Below are positions 10,618 to 20,324 of a stretch of DNA of 64,000 bases, one piece after another. The DNA is taken from contig CAYPFM010000003.1 in NCBI GenBank assembly GCA_964410185.1, forward strand, positions 85,534 through 149,533, read 5' to 3'. Under the pieces are notes generated by a model, which made no database searches, was not told the DNA's origin, and saw nothing but the letters and a program-made list of their open reading frames with translations. The first letter of the stretch is position 1, and every line of letters begins with the position of its first letter. This DNA is from an uncultured Candidatus Saccharibacteria bacterium. Its GTDB lineage: Bacteria; Patescibacteriota; Saccharimonadia; Saccharimonadales; JAUPVS01. Both the position numbers and the translations under genes were made by a program.

Positions 10618-11658
10618 TCAGTCGTGCTTCTCGCTATGATCGTGTTTTTCGTGCAGGATGCGTCCGGTGTCGGCGACTACTTCGACTAAACGGTTGCTGT
10701 AGCCCCACTCGTTGTCGTACCAAGCCACAACTTTGAGCATATTACCGCCAATTACTGCGGTCAGCTTGGTATCAACGGTTGCAGAGTGCGGATTGCCAAT
10801 AAAGTCGCTACTGACCAGCTCTTCTTCGGTAACACCCAAAATACCCTGGTAATACGGTTCTTTGGCAGCCTTTTTGAAGGCTTCATTAACTTCCTCTGGC
10901 GTGACTGGCTTTTTGGTAATAATAACGAAGTCGCTCAGGCTGACGACAGGGGTCGGTACGCGAATCGAGAGACCTCCAAAGACGCCTTCTAGGGCTGGTA
11001 ATGCCTTAGCGGCAGCGATTGAAGCACCGGTCGTGGTTGGCACAATGTTTTCAGCCGCATTGCGGGCTTCGCGCAAGTCTTTGGCTGGAGCATCTTGCAG
11101 CTTTTGGCTGGCGGTGTAGCTGTGAACCGTCGTCATCATGGCTTTTTCGATGCCAAAATTGCTTTCGATAACGGCCGCAACTGGCGTAATGCAGTTGGTG
11201 GTACAGGAAGCGTTGCTAATAATATCTTCGGAAGTTTCGAGGGCATCGTCATTCACACCCAAAACAACCGTAGTAGCACCTTCACCCTTGGCTGGCGCGG
11301 AAATAACGACTTTTTTGGCGCCAGCGGTGATGTGCGCCTTGGCCTTGGCGGGATCAACAAAAAAGCCGGTTGATTCAATGACCACGTCAACCTTGTGGTC
11401 AGCCCACGGCAGTTGGGCGGGATCAGTTTGGGCTAAGACGGGGATCTTTTTGTCATCAACAATAATGTTCTTTTCATCATACGAGACTTTGTGGTCATAG
11501 GTGCCGTAGTTGCTGTCGTGCTTGAGCAGATGTGCCAGTGTCTTGGTGTCTGTTAGGTCGTTAACAGCGACAATTTCTATATCCGAGCGGTCAAAGGCTA
11601 CTTTAAAAGCATTTCGCCCAATTCTGCCGAAGCCGTTAATTGCGATTCGAGTTTTCAT
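10618..11658 (-). CDS. gap: Glyceraldehyde-3-phosphate dehydrogenase, type I
   Basis: INGFGRIGR NAD-binding motif and the ASCTTNC catalytic Cys motif. An SD-like AAAGGGG lies upstream. Confidence 0.95.
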   Translation of the reverse strand: MKTRIAINGFGRIGRNAFKVAFDRSDIEIVAVNDLTDTKTLAHLLKHDSNYGTYDHKVSYDEKNIIVDDKKIPVLAQTDPAQLPWADHKVDVVIESTGFFVDPAKAKAHITAGAKKVVISAPAKGEGATTVVLGVNDDALETSEDIISNASCTTNCITPVAAVIESNFGIEKAMMTTVHSYTASQKLQDAPAKDLREARNAAENIVPTTTGASIAAAKALPALEGVFGGLSIRVPTPVVSLSDFVIITKKPVTPEEVNEAFKKAAKEPYYQGILGVTEEELVSSDFIGNPHSATVDTKLTAVIGGNMLKVVAWYDNEWGYSNRLVEVVADTGRILHEKHDHSEKHD

Positions 11659-11698
11659 AACTATTTTTGCCCCTTTTTGAATGTATTTGTTCAGGGGT

Positions 11699-11728
11699 AT
11701 TGTAGCCTATCGCTTATGCTTGTGGCAA
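11699..11728 (-). promoter_or_regulatory. Sigma70-like promoter of the gap-rpiB-rpe-tkt-fba-pfkB operon
   Basis: On the minus strand, TTGCCA-N18-TACAAT sits about 35 nt upstream of the gap SD/ATG. Confidence 0.45.
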
Positions 11729-12094
11729 GGTGTCAGGCGGAAGTTGGGGTGCACGAGATGGGTCGATTGCCACAGCCACCTGCTCAAGGTCGGCAGCAAG
11801 GGCCCGCAACTCGTCTGGCTGGACGTTGGCGTGAATCTTTTTACAGTAGTTATCGAGGTCTGGGTCGTCCTGCTCCAAGACTATGGCGAACGAATCGGCA
11901 AAGCGTAAAACCAAGTCTTCGTCATCCGGCAAATCACGGATGATACGACCGCGTTCAGTCGATGAAACTCGTTCGGTGTGGTCTTGTACAAATACGGCCA
12001 CCAGCACCGGCGCACTTCGGCGCTTGCGTTCCTGTTTCTTCAGTTCCCGCTCAGTCCATTCGTCTTGGACGTGAGGACGTAGTGTCTCACTCAT
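11714..12094 (-). CDS. Hypothetical small acidic protein (126 aa)
   Basis: Intact ORF with a possible leaderless start (TACATT-N8-ATG). No recognised domain. Confidence 0.35.
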   Translation of the reverse strand: MSETLRPHVQDEWTERELKKQERKRRSAPVLVAVFVQDHTERVSSTERGRIIRDLPDDEDLVLRFADSFAIVLEQDDPDLDNYCKKIHANVQPDELRALAADLEQVAVAIDPSRAPQLPPDTLPQA

Positions 12095-12160
12095 TGCACG
12101 CCTAATGTACTGCTATCAGCAACAGATTACTAGATGTAGTTTTTACATCACAATCTGATC

Positions 12161-12796
12161 TTATTTTTGAACAATGATTTGGACAAGATTTTGAATGCCC
12201 TTAGCGCGATCTTTGTAGGTATTTCCCTTGTTATTTATGACCAGCGGCGTAAAGCTTTTGGTGAGCTGCTGCGCCGTGGCTACATCAAAAAATCGCTTGT
12301 CGATGCCGTTGATATGATAAAAGTTTTCTTCGAGCTGCTCGCCTTCGGTCGTTTCCGGGTCATCGGTGCTGTTAAAGAGCCCCGCAAAGACGCCACCGGG
12401 CTTTAGAATCCGGTGAATTTCAGCAAAGATGGCTTTGGTGGTGGCCATATCAAAATAGTGGAGACTCAGATTGGCAAAGACCACATCGTAAGTTTTGCTA
12501 GCTAGCGCAGAAAGCTGGCGACTATCCAGCTTTTGTAAATCGACTTTAACTCCTGCGTCCTGTGCGCGGAGCGTGATATCTGGGAACAAATCGTCAATGA
12601 AGTCGGTCTGCGTAACATCATAGCCCTGCTCGGCCAACCACAGCCCATCATCGCCGGTGCCGCAGCCCAGCTCTAAGACACGGCCAGTACCTGGGAAGCA
12701 CGGCCGGGCTTCTTGCACAAATAACGAAGGTTTCCCTGCCCAGTCAGCGGCGGTGTATTTTTTTAGTTTTTTGGCCCAGTAGACGCCGTTGTCCAT
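12161..12796 (-). CDS. Class I SAM-dependent methyltransferase
   Basis: Motif I VLELGCGTGDDG with post-I acidic and motif II patterns. The start is the internal ATG (MDNGVYW), just after the ppa stop. Confidence 0.7.
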   Translation of the reverse strand: MDNGVYWAKKLKKYTAADWAGKPSLFVQEARPCFPGTGRVLELGCGTGDDGLWLAEQGYDVTQTDFIDDLFPDITLRAQDAGVKVDLQKLDSRQLSALASKTYDVVFANLSLHYFDMATTKAIFAEIHRILKPGGVFAGLFNSTDDPETTEGEQLEENFYHINGIDKRFFDVATAQQLTKSFTPLVINNKGNTYKDRAKGIQNLVQIIVQK

Positions 12797-12800
12797 GGAG

Positions 12801-13328
12801 CTATTTTTTGTAGCGCTCGATGCACTCTTTAATGATCTTCTTGGCGTCTTCGACGTTGCCCCAGCCTTCAACCTTAGTTGAGCCTGGCTTCTTAAGATCT
12901 TTGTAGTGCATAAAGTGGTGTTCGAGCTGTTGCTTCCAGCGTTCGCCAAGATCATCCAGACTGTTGATGCTATCACCGGTTTGGCGGTCATCAGCTGGTA
13001 CAACCACAACCTTGTGGTCGGCTTCGCCATCGTCGATAAAGTTCAAAATACCGATTACCTTGGCCTCAAAGTAAATGCCGGTTGGCAATGGCTCGTCGGT
13101 CACGATTAAGGTGTCGAGTTCGTCACCGTCTTCGTCGAGGGTTTGCGGAATAAAGCCATAGTTACATGGTTTTGCAAAGATGGCCGGCTCAACGCGGTCC
13201 AACATAAATACGGCGCGCTTGCGGTCCCACTCAATTTTGAGGCTTGAGCCTTTCGAAATCTCCACGACCGTGTTGACGAGGCCGTTATCGACGTCTCCGG
13301 TTTCAAGCACTTGATTAAAATCTGCCAT
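12801..13328 (-). CDS. ppa: Inorganic pyrophosphatase (family I)
   Basis: 175 aa with family I PPase motifs (DGDELDTLI, VVEISKG). Confidence 0.85.
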   Translation of the reverse strand: MADFNQVLETGDVDNGLVNTVVEISKGSSLKIEWDRKRAVFMLDRVEPAIFAKPCNYGFIPQTLDEDGDELDTLIVTDEPLPTGIYFEAKVIGILNFIDDGEADHKVVVVPADDRQTGDSINSLDDLGERWKQQLEHHFMHYKDLKKPGSTKVEGWGNVEDAKKIIKECIERYKK

Positions 13329-13379
13329 CTGTACAATTCCTTTCTTTCTGGGTGATATTGTACACTAGAGGTAGAAGTT

Positions 13380-14048
13380 ATGGAAAATATCATCGGGCAC
13401 CGTGGTGCCGCCGGCCTTGGCCTAGAAAACTCGGCCGATGCCATCAAACAAGCTCTGGCGCATGGCGTCTCTGCCGTTGAAATTGATGTCCGCCAGTCGC
13501 GCGATCAACGGTTGGTGCTGTGCCACGACGCCGACCTCATGCGCATGACCGGTGACCCCCGCCTGGTTGGGGAACTCAGCTGGGAAGCCCTCCAGGGCCT
13601 CCAATTGCTTGACGGCAGTAAGTTACTATTGCTCGAAGACGCCCTTAAACTGATTGGCAAAACCCCGGTTATTATCGAGGTAAAGGACGATGAAAGTGAA
13701 GAAACATTATTAGCAGTCTTGGATAACTTCCCAAAGTCCGACCTAACCGTTGCTTCGTTTAAGCGCAGCTTCTTAACTCGTTTGCGAGAACTACGGCCCG
13801 ACTTAAAGTTGTATGTGCTGGAGCATACCGATGCCTTGGATTCGATTTTGTTTGCCAAACGCCATAAACTACAAGGTATTGGCCTCAACTTTTGGCTGCT
13901 CAGCCCCATCGCTTACAATCGCGCCAAAAAGGCCGGCCTCGATATCTATGTCTATACGGTCAATCACCGCTTTTTGGCTTGGTTTTTACACCTGCTCTAC
14001 CCAAAGGCAACGATTTGCACCGACCACCCCGAACGTTTTAATCAATAA
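13380..14048 (+). CDS. Glycerophosphodiester phosphodiesterase family protein
   Basis: HRGAAGLGLENS...EIDVRQSRDQRLVLCHD is a GDPD signature. Confidence 0.75.
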   Translation: MENIIGHRGAAGLGLENSADAIKQALAHGVSAVEIDVRQSRDQRLVLCHDADLMRMTGDPRLVGELSWEALQGLQLLDGSKLLLLEDALKLIGKTPVIIEVKDDESEETLLAVLDNFPKSDLTVASFKRSFLTRLRELRPDLKLYVLEHTDALDSILFAKRHKLQGIGLNFWLLSPIAYNRAKKAGLDIYVYTVNHRFLAWFLHLLYPKATICTDHPERFNQ

Positions 14049-14057
14049 GGAGTTCCT

Positions 14058-14741
14058 ATGCACGTCACCTTCCTCGGCAACGAACCAGTCGCTCAAAACA
14101 TCAAAACATTTAATTTTCAGACCGCGCAGCCCGTTCAATACCAAGCCGGTCAGTTTATTCAGATGGTTCTCCCGCACGACAACCCCGATGACCGGGGCAT
14201 CAAGCGCTGGTTTACGCTTTCGTCGTCACCAACCGAAAAACAGCTCAGCATCACCACCAAGTTTGCCAGCGACAAAAGCAGCAGCTTTAAAAGTGCCCTG
14301 TTGGCTTTAAAACCGGGTGAAACGGTTGAGCTGGTTGAACCAGAAGGCGATTTTATCTTGCCAGAAGACAAAAGCCTGCGTCTGGTGTTTATTGCCGGCG
14401 GCATGGGTATTACGCCGTATCACAGCATGGTGAAGTATCTGTCGGACAGCGGCCAAAAGCGTGACATAACCCTGCTGTACGGTGTGCAGAGCGAGGCCGA
14501 AGCTTGTTTTCTGGATGTATTTGCAACCTATGGCGTTGATGTGCAGTTGTCGGTCAATAAGCGTTTTACGACCGATGACCTGATGGCCGCCATCGGTGAT
14601 CCAGTTGGAACATTGGTGTATCTGTCTGGCCCGGAACCAATGGTCGAAGCCCTCGATGCCAGCCTCAAACAGGCCGGTCTACCGGCTAAGCAGCTCAAGA
14701 GCGACTACTTCCCTGGCTACGAAAACCTCTACAGTAACTAG
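14058..14741 (+). CDS. FAD/NAD(P)-binding ferredoxin-reductase-type oxidoreductase
   Basis: RxYS-like KRWFTLSSSP FAD-binding motif and GGMGITP NAD-binding motif. Its stop overlaps the trxB stop (CTAG). Confidence 0.6.
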   Translation: MHVTFLGNEPVAQNIKTFNFQTAQPVQYQAGQFIQMVLPHDNPDDRGIKRWFTLSSSPTEKQLSITTKFASDKSSSFKSALLALKPGETVELVEPEGDFILPEDKSLRLVFIAGGMGITPYHSMVKYLSDSGQKRDITLLYGVQSEAEACFLDVFATYGVDVQLSVNKRFTTDDLMAAIGDPVGTLVYLSGPEPMVEALDASLKQAGLPAKQLKSDYFPGYENLYSN

Positions 14742-15712
14742 ACGTTGGCGGTGGCTGGAACGGCTGGCATCTCGTGAGTCTGATGCTTTTCTTCAAGATA
14801 TTTGCGAATCATTAACGCAGCTGTGGCTCCTTCGCCAACTGCACTGGCGATTTGCAAGGTAGCACCACTGCGGACATCACCGGCCGCAAAGATTCCCGGT
14901 ACATTGGTTTGTAGTTCAATATCGGTTTTAATCAGGCCCACTTCATCCAGCTCAACACCACTGTCTTTAAGGAACTGGGTATTTGGCAGGAGACCAACGA
15001 ACACAAAGACGCCGTCGGTGGCAAACTCAACTTTTTTGCCATCATGCGTACCGACAACTTTGACGACTTTGCCATCTTCACCAACAATCTCATCGGTCGT
15101 GGTGCCAATATGGACGGTAATCTTGTCTTTGTGCTTTTCGAGCTCTTTTATCAAAACGTCGGAAGCACGCAGCTTGCTGCGCACCAGCAGGTCAATATGA
15201 GTCGCAAAACGGGTTAAGAAGATGGCTTCTTGGACGGCCGAGTTGCCGCCACCGACCACCACCAAACGCTTGTCACGGTAGAAAGCCCCATCGCAGGTGG
15301 CGCAGTAGTGGACACCACGGGCGTAGTATTCTTGTTCGCCAGGAACACCAATCTTTTTGTAGTCACTGCCGGTTGCAATCAAAACGGTCTCCGCCAATAT
15401 GTCGCCACTGGTGGTATCCAGCTTGAGGTGGTCGCCATCTTTTTTAAGACTCATCACTTCGCCTAGTTCGATCTTGGCACCGAAGCGTTCGGCTTGCTGG
15501 CGCAGACTTTCTGCTAGCTCCAAACCGGCAATACCCTTGGCAAAGCCCGGATAGTTATCTACCCAGTCGGTGATGGCGGCCAAACCGCCAATGACACCCT
15601 TTTCGAACAGCAGCGTTTCAAGATCTTCGCGCGTGGTATAAACAGCGGCGGCCAAGGCTGCTGGGCCGGCGCCGATCATAACAACTTTGTGAACTTCTGG
15701 TGTGTCAGTCAT
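14738..15712 (-). CDS. trxB: Thioredoxin-disulfide reductase
   Basis: GAGPAALAAAVY FAD motif and the CATCDG redox-active disulfide. SD GAGGAAAT lies upstream. Confidence 0.9.
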   Translation of the reverse strand: MTDTPEVHKVVMIGAGPAALAAAVYTTREDLETLLFEKGVIGGLAAITDWVDNYPGFAKGIAGLELAESLRQQAERFGAKIELGEVMSLKKDGDHLKLDTTSGDILAETVLIATGSDYKKIGVPGEQEYYARGVHYCATCDGAFYRDKRLVVVGGGNSAVQEAIFLTRFATHIDLLVRSKLRASDVLIKELEKHKDKITVHIGTTTDEIVGEDGKVVKVVGTHDGKKVEFATDGVFVFVGLLPNTQFLKDSGVELDEVGLIKTDIELQTNVPGIFAAGDVRSGATLQIASAVGEGATAALMIRKYLEEKHQTHEMPAVPATANV

Positions 15713-15782
15713 ATTTCCTCAATTCCCTCAATCTAGTCTTTAAATACTAACGGTTTTTGCTGTTTTTTTCTAGTCGTGCAAA

Positions 15783-16334
15783 CTACTGCAGCGGCGACGC
15801 CGGTTGCTTCAACATAATAACCTTATCAGGAAAGGTCTTCTGGAAATACTCGTGCCAAGCATGAATCAATGATCTGTGTGTTGCTTCCCCCGCCGGATCA
15901 TCAACCTTTTTTAAGCCTTTATTCCAAAAGAAGTTGGTAAAACTAATGACCAACCCACCGAATAGAAGTATGAGGGATACCGTGAATATTGGGCTTTGAC
16001 TAAAGCTACTCCCCGAACGAAAACCCTGCAGTCTAATCATAATGGCTAATATTGCGAACACAATCACAACCAGGCTTGCAGCTATCCAACGAACAGTATT
16101 ACCTGCATCATTTTTAATATCTGTAAAGGTGTACCGCTGGTTCTCGTTCGTAATGACGGCAAAATTCTTGGCGCCTGCTGTATTGAGTATTTCGATAGCC
16201 TTGGTTTCCGCAAAACTGGTTGAGAACACCACTTCGTTATCTCTCTTCAGCACGATTTGGGTTCCATCGCAGCTCAAAAAACCGTTATGGGGAATACCGA
16301 CTCTACCCTCGATAAATGAGATATTTGATTCCAT
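15783..16334 (-). CDS. Hypothetical membrane protein (2 TM), in a lower-GC patch
   Basis: Intact 183-aa ORF with hydrophobic segments. Confidence 0.4.
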   Translation of the reverse strand: MESNISFIEGRVGIPHNGFLSCDGTQIVLKRDNEVVFSTSFAETKAIEILNTAGAKNFAVITNENQRYTFTDIKNDAGNTVRWIAASLVVIVFAILAIMIRLQGFRSGSSFSQSPIFTVSLILLFGGLVISFTNFFWNKGLKKVDDPAGEATHRSLIHAWHEYFQKTFPDKVIMLKQPASPLQ

Positions 16335-16349
16335 AATGACAGCCTACTA

Positions 16350-16598
16350 CTATGCGACTGCTGGTGCGAGTTGGGCCAAATTAAAACCAACCACAACTTC
16401 GCGGCTGTCATCTTCTTTGGTGACAACGGTAACAGGAACGGTTAGAGCACCACTGAGTTCCATAGCTTCTTTTTGGCGTTCGGGGTTGGTGTCTAGATTC
16501 ACTTCTTGGTAGTTCATGCCCTTGGAGGTTAACCACTTTTTGACCATGCCGCAGTATGCGCAGGTGTTCGTCGTGAAAATAGTAATATCTTTAGCCAT
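16350..16598 (-). CDS. Glutaredoxin/NrdH-like redoxin
   Basis: 82 aa with the CAYC active site and a thioredoxin-fold pattern. A TTGCAT-N17-TATACT promoter and an SD lie upstream. Confidence 0.75.
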   Translation of the reverse strand: MAKDITIFTTNTCAYCGMVKKWLTSKGMNYQEVNLDTNPERQKEAMELSGALTVPVTVVTKEDDSREVVVGFNLAQLAPAVA

Positions 16599-16746
16599 TG
16601 TGTTCCCCTTTTTACCCTCTTTTAGTAGATTTTTTAGTGTTTTTGAACCGTTTTGGTCAAACTGCTTATAGTATATATAGCGGTTTAAAAGAATGCAATA
16701 GCGCTATATGTTGTGTTTTTGTCACTTTTCGCGACTCTAGATGGAG

Positions 16747-17268
16747 TTACTGGACGTTAACGAGCGTAATGTCGAAGACGAGATCGGAATTAGCGGGAAT
16801 TTTAGCGTTCGCCTGGGCGCCGTAGGCCTGTGCTGCTGGGATGATTAACCGACGGGTGCCGCCAACTTTCATGCCGGGTACGCCGTCCTGCCAGCCCTTG
16901 ATAACCTGGTTAACCGGGAAAGTGACTGGGGTTTGGCCGCTCGATTCAAAGATCTTGCCATCTTTAGCAAGCGCCCCAGTGTAGAGCACGGTCACTGTCG
17001 AGGTAGCCTTGGCTTCGGCGCCATTGCCGGTCTTGGTGTCGATAATCTTGAGTTCTGGAACGCTGTCAGTTGGGGTGAAGTTTGCTAGTTGTGTTCCCAC
17101 GAGTGAGTCCTCCTTTTTAGTTGCTTGAGCAGTGGCAGCCTGGCTGGCCTTCTTATTGTTGCTTTCGTGAACCATCGTGTAGATGACGGCCACACTTGTG
17201 GCTAAGGAGGCGACTAAGAAGAATAGCGCGGCAGCTCCGGCAGCAATTCGTTGACGTTTTTGAGCCAT
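16747..17268 (-). CDS. FKBP-type peptidyl-prolyl cis-trans isomerase with N-terminal membrane anchor
   Basis: FKBP_C motifs (VTVLYTGAL..DGKIFESS...VIKGWQDGVPGMKVGGTRRLIIP). Confidence 0.8.
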   Translation of the reverse strand: MAQKRQRIAAGAAALFFLVASLATSVAVIYTMVHESNNKKASQAATAQATKKEDSLVGTQLANFTPTDSVPELKIIDTKTGNGAEAKATSTVTVLYTGALAKDGKIFESSGQTPVTFPVNQVIKGWQDGVPGMKVGGTRRLIIPAAQAYGAQANAKIPANSDLVFDITLVNVQ

Positions 17269-17285
17269 GAAACATTTCCCTCCAG

Positions 17286-17771
17286 TTATTTGGTCTCTGT
17301 TGTTGGCTTATTATAGCTGATTTCGGCTTGAGACTGAATCGATTTTGGTTCTTGCGGGTAACCATCACGAAAAGCAGCCAGTAATTCCTTCTGCAGGCCT
17401 TCGGAACGGAATGGCAATGTGGCGAATTTACTGATTGGCACCCACATCGGTTCAAACAGATTCTTGCCAGCCTTATTCAACTCGGCCTCGATACTGGTGG
17501 GCTGCAATTTGACTTCGCCATCCTGATAGTCACAGACAAAGATGTACTGCGTGCCATACAGATCGCCAGCCTCTTCAATGTAAACCAGCTTTGGATTAAC
17601 AACGGTCAGGCTGGTTTCTTCTTTGATTTCGCGGAGTGCTGCGCCATCGGCCGTCTCGCCCATGTCGATGCCGCCACCGGGCAAACAATAGTAAATCATA
17701 CCGAACTTGTTGCGCTTCATTAAAAGAATGCTTTGGTTGTGAACTACAATGGCACGTGCGGCTTTTCTCAT
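17286..17771 (-). CDS. NUDIX hydrolase
   Basis: Nudix box GGGIDMGETADGAALREIKEETSL. Confidence 0.8.
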   Translation of the reverse strand: MRKAARAIVVHNQSILLMKRNKFGMIYYCLPGGGIDMGETADGAALREIKEETSLTVVNPKLVYIEEAGDLYGTQYIFVCDYQDGEVKLQPTSIEAELNKAGKNLFEPMWVPISKFATLPFRSEGLQKELLAAFRDGYPQEPKSIQSQAEISYNKPTTETK

Positions 17772-17779
17772 AACACTCC

Positions 17780-19552
17780 TTACCCTGCGATATCGTAGGC
17801 TTTAAGTTTCTTCTTGGTTGTTTCGGTGTGACCCTGCTGCAGCTTGAGTAGTTGATCATAGATACCGCCACTGGTAGCGAGCTCTTCTGGCGAACCGACT
17901 TCGCTGACCTTGCCGCCCTGCAGGGTGATGATGGTGTCGACGTTCTGAATCGTACTCAGGCGGTGGGCGATGATTATGGTGGTACGGCCCTTCATCAGGC
18001 GCTCTAAGGCTTCTTGGACCATCTGTTCGCTCTTGCTGTCTAAGGAGCTGGTGGCTTCGTCCAGCACCAGGATAGGCGCGTCTTTAAGCAAGGCTCGGGC
18101 AATGGCGATGCGCTGCTTTTGGCCACCGCTCAACTTGAGGCCACGTTCGCCAATTTCGGTGTCGTAGCCTTTTTCGAGCTTCTTAATAAATTCGTCGGCA
18201 TTGGCCGCTTTGGCGGCGGCGGTCACCTCGGCGCTGCTGGCCTTGGGGTTAGCGTAGGCAATGTTTTCGCGAATCGTGCCGCTAAACAGCGCTGGATCCT
18301 GAAAGACGACGCCAATCTGGCTGCGCAGGCTGTTCTGGCTGACTTCATTGATGTTCTGACTGTCGATAAAGATCGCGCCTTGTTGGGGTTCGTACAAGCG
18401 CAGTAACAAGTTGGTCAGCGTCGTCTTGCCTTCGCCGCTTTCGCCCACCAAAGCGACTTTGGTGTCTGGCTTAATCTTGAGCGAGACGTCTTTGAGTACC
18501 GGCTTGCTGTCGTAGGCAAACGAAACGTGATCAAACTCAACTTCACCAGTTGGGACGGTCAGTTTTTTGGCGTTGGCCACGTCGTCGATCTGGGGCTCGA
18601 TGCTCATAATCTCAAAGTAGTCTTTACTGTCAGCCACAGCCCGTTGGGTATTCTCGACCAAAAAGCTAATGGTGAAAATTGGGATGCGGATTTGCATAGA
18701 GTACAGAATCAGGGCGACGGCCTGACCGGGCGTAAAGTGGCCGTTTAGGGCCTGCACAAAAATCAGCACATAGACACCAAAAAAGATGACGTTTAAAACC
18801 AGGCGTCGTTGGACATCGCGGGTGTGCCAGAGCTGTGACTGTGGCTTGGTGATGCCGACAACTTTGGTGTAGTAACTCCTAAAAAAGCTCAGTTCGTGCT
18901 TTTCCTGAATGAAGCTCTTGACCACCTTAATCTGGCCAATCGACTCGGCAAAGCGACCATTGGCAATGTCGAGGTTGTGGTTGATCTTGGCCTGGTACTT
19001 CTGCCACTTGCCACTGGTTTTGACGGTCATGAAAACGTAGATTGGGTACAAGCTAAACAACAGTAGCGCGATAGGCCAGCTAAAGTAGGCAATAATCGCC
19101 AGCGCGAAGATCGTGCTGAAAATAAACTGCAGGAAGTTGTTGCTCCACATCTGCATGAAGTTGCCGATCTGGCCGATGGAGCGGTTGAGACGGTTGATGA
19201 TTTTACCCGACAGTTCGGTATCAAAATAGCCCTGCGGCAGGCTGAGCAAGTGTTGGTAGTAGTTGTAGCTGAGCAGGTTCATCAGGCGGGCTGACATCTG
19301 GTCACCAAAGTAGCCGCCGATGTTACTGAGGAGTGTTGAGGCCACATCTAAAATAAAGATACCAACGGCCAGCCAAACAACCTTAGAAATCTGACCTGGT
19401 CCTGCGCCGTGGTTAATGGCATCGATCGCTCGTCCGCTCAAAAGCGGCACCAGCAAGCCAACCACCGCCACCAAGATCGAAATAACACTGACGGCTACGT
19501 AATAGCGCCAGAGCGACTTGGTATAGGTAATGATTCTCCAGATCGACTTCAT
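17780..19552 (-). CDS. ABC transporter, fused permease/ATP-binding exporter (MsbA/LmrA type)
   Basis: 590 aa with a 6-TM N-terminal domain followed by Walker A GESGEGKTT, the LSGGQKQR signature and Walker B ILVLDEATS. Confidence 0.9.
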   Translation of the reverse strand: MKSIWRIITYTKSLWRYYVAVSVISILVAVVGLLVPLLSGRAIDAINHGAGPGQISKVVWLAVGIFILDVASTLLSNIGGYFGDQMSARLMNLLSYNYYQHLLSLPQGYFDTELSGKIINRLNRSIGQIGNFMQMWSNNFLQFIFSTIFALAIIAYFSWPIALLLFSLYPIYVFMTVKTSGKWQKYQAKINHNLDIANGRFAESIGQIKVVKSFIQEKHELSFFRSYYTKVVGITKPQSQLWHTRDVQRRLVLNVIFFGVYVLIFVQALNGHFTPGQAVALILYSMQIRIPIFTISFLVENTQRAVADSKDYFEIMSIEPQIDDVANAKKLTVPTGEVEFDHVSFAYDSKPVLKDVSLKIKPDTKVALVGESGEGKTTLTNLLLRLYEPQQGAIFIDSQNINEVSQNSLRSQIGVVFQDPALFSGTIRENIAYANPKASSAEVTAAAKAANADEFIKKLEKGYDTEIGERGLKLSGGQKQRIAIARALLKDAPILVLDEATSSLDSKSEQMVQEALERLMKGRTTIIIAHRLSTIQNVDTIITLQGGKVSEVGSPEELATSGGIYDQLLKLQQGHTETTKKKLKAYDIAG

Positions 19553-19592
19553 TACCTACTAGTATAAAGGTTTTTGAGTGGTTGTGGCAGCC

Positions 19593-20264
19593 CTATTCGG
19601 GTGCGTAGCCAAACGCCAGCGGTTCAGCCTGTTTGATGCAATTAACAACCGCTTGGGCGAAATTGATAGCGTAGCTGCGGTCGGTTAACGATTCCTGCCT
19701 CCCAAAGGGGTAAGCGATCGGCTGTTTTTGTTCTCGCGAAAACGGTACGTTGAGCATTGGCGTGGAGTCATAATTAGAACAGAAAGCCAGGGCACCATTA
19801 TCGTCCACTTCAAAGAGTGGCGCCAAAGTGGTTTGGACTTTATCTGGGGCGACGAAGCTAATCGCATCTTGCAGATATACTGCGAACCCGTTACGAAAAA
19901 TGGTGGCTTCCGATACTAGCAGGGTTGGCAGCGTGTTGCTGCGTTCATACTCTTTGGTAACGATTCTAATCTGCCCGGGGTCGGTACTATACTGGCGGCC
20001 ATCGGCGGTGGCTAGGATTAAGGCTTCTTGCCGCCTGTCGATATCATGGAGCGGGTCTCCGCTAACCGCACGCCCATCATCAAATTCATAGATTGCCCAG
20101 CTTGTACCGGTAGCTGGTACCGGCAACGGCAAGACACTGCCAAAGATGTCCGCCCGCAGCTCGGCCGTCCGACCAGCTAGATTGGCGCGGGCATGAGGAG
20201 TGTCTTCGACCGCGCGGTCGGCGGTGAAATCTTGGCCATCGGCTGATTGGACAAACTCGCTCAT
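19593..20264 (-). CDS. Hypothetical protein (223 aa)
   Basis: Intact ORF. No recognised domain. Confidence 0.4.
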   Translation of the reverse strand: MSEFVQSADGQDFTADRAVEDTPHARANLAGRTAELRADIFGSVLPLPVPATGTSWAIYEFDDGRAVSGDPLHDIDRRQEALILATADGRQYSTDPGQIRIVTKEYERSNTLPTLLVSEATIFRNGFAVYLQDAISFVAPDKVQTTLAPLFEVDDNGALAFCSNYDSTPMLNVPFSREQKQPIAYPFGRQESLTDRSYAINFAQAVVNCIKQAEPLAFGYAPE

Positions 20265-20324
20265 CAGTACTACCTGTCTATAGCAGACATGGTGTCACCT
20301 CCTCAACCGATTTGCAAGCGATAG

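Noticed and set aside
14738-14741. CTAG overlap of the convergent stop codons of the FNR-like oxidoreductase and trxB
   Set aside because: A 4-nt palindromic stop-stop overlap is a trivial consequence of gene packing, not a regulatory feature.
16599-16746. Imperfect palindrome GCTTATAGTATATATAGCG considered as an operator or repeat element
   Set aside because: It coincides with the TTGCAT-N17-TATACT promoter of the glutaredoxin-like gene. The AT-rich near-symmetry is explained by the -10 region. It has no second copy in the window.
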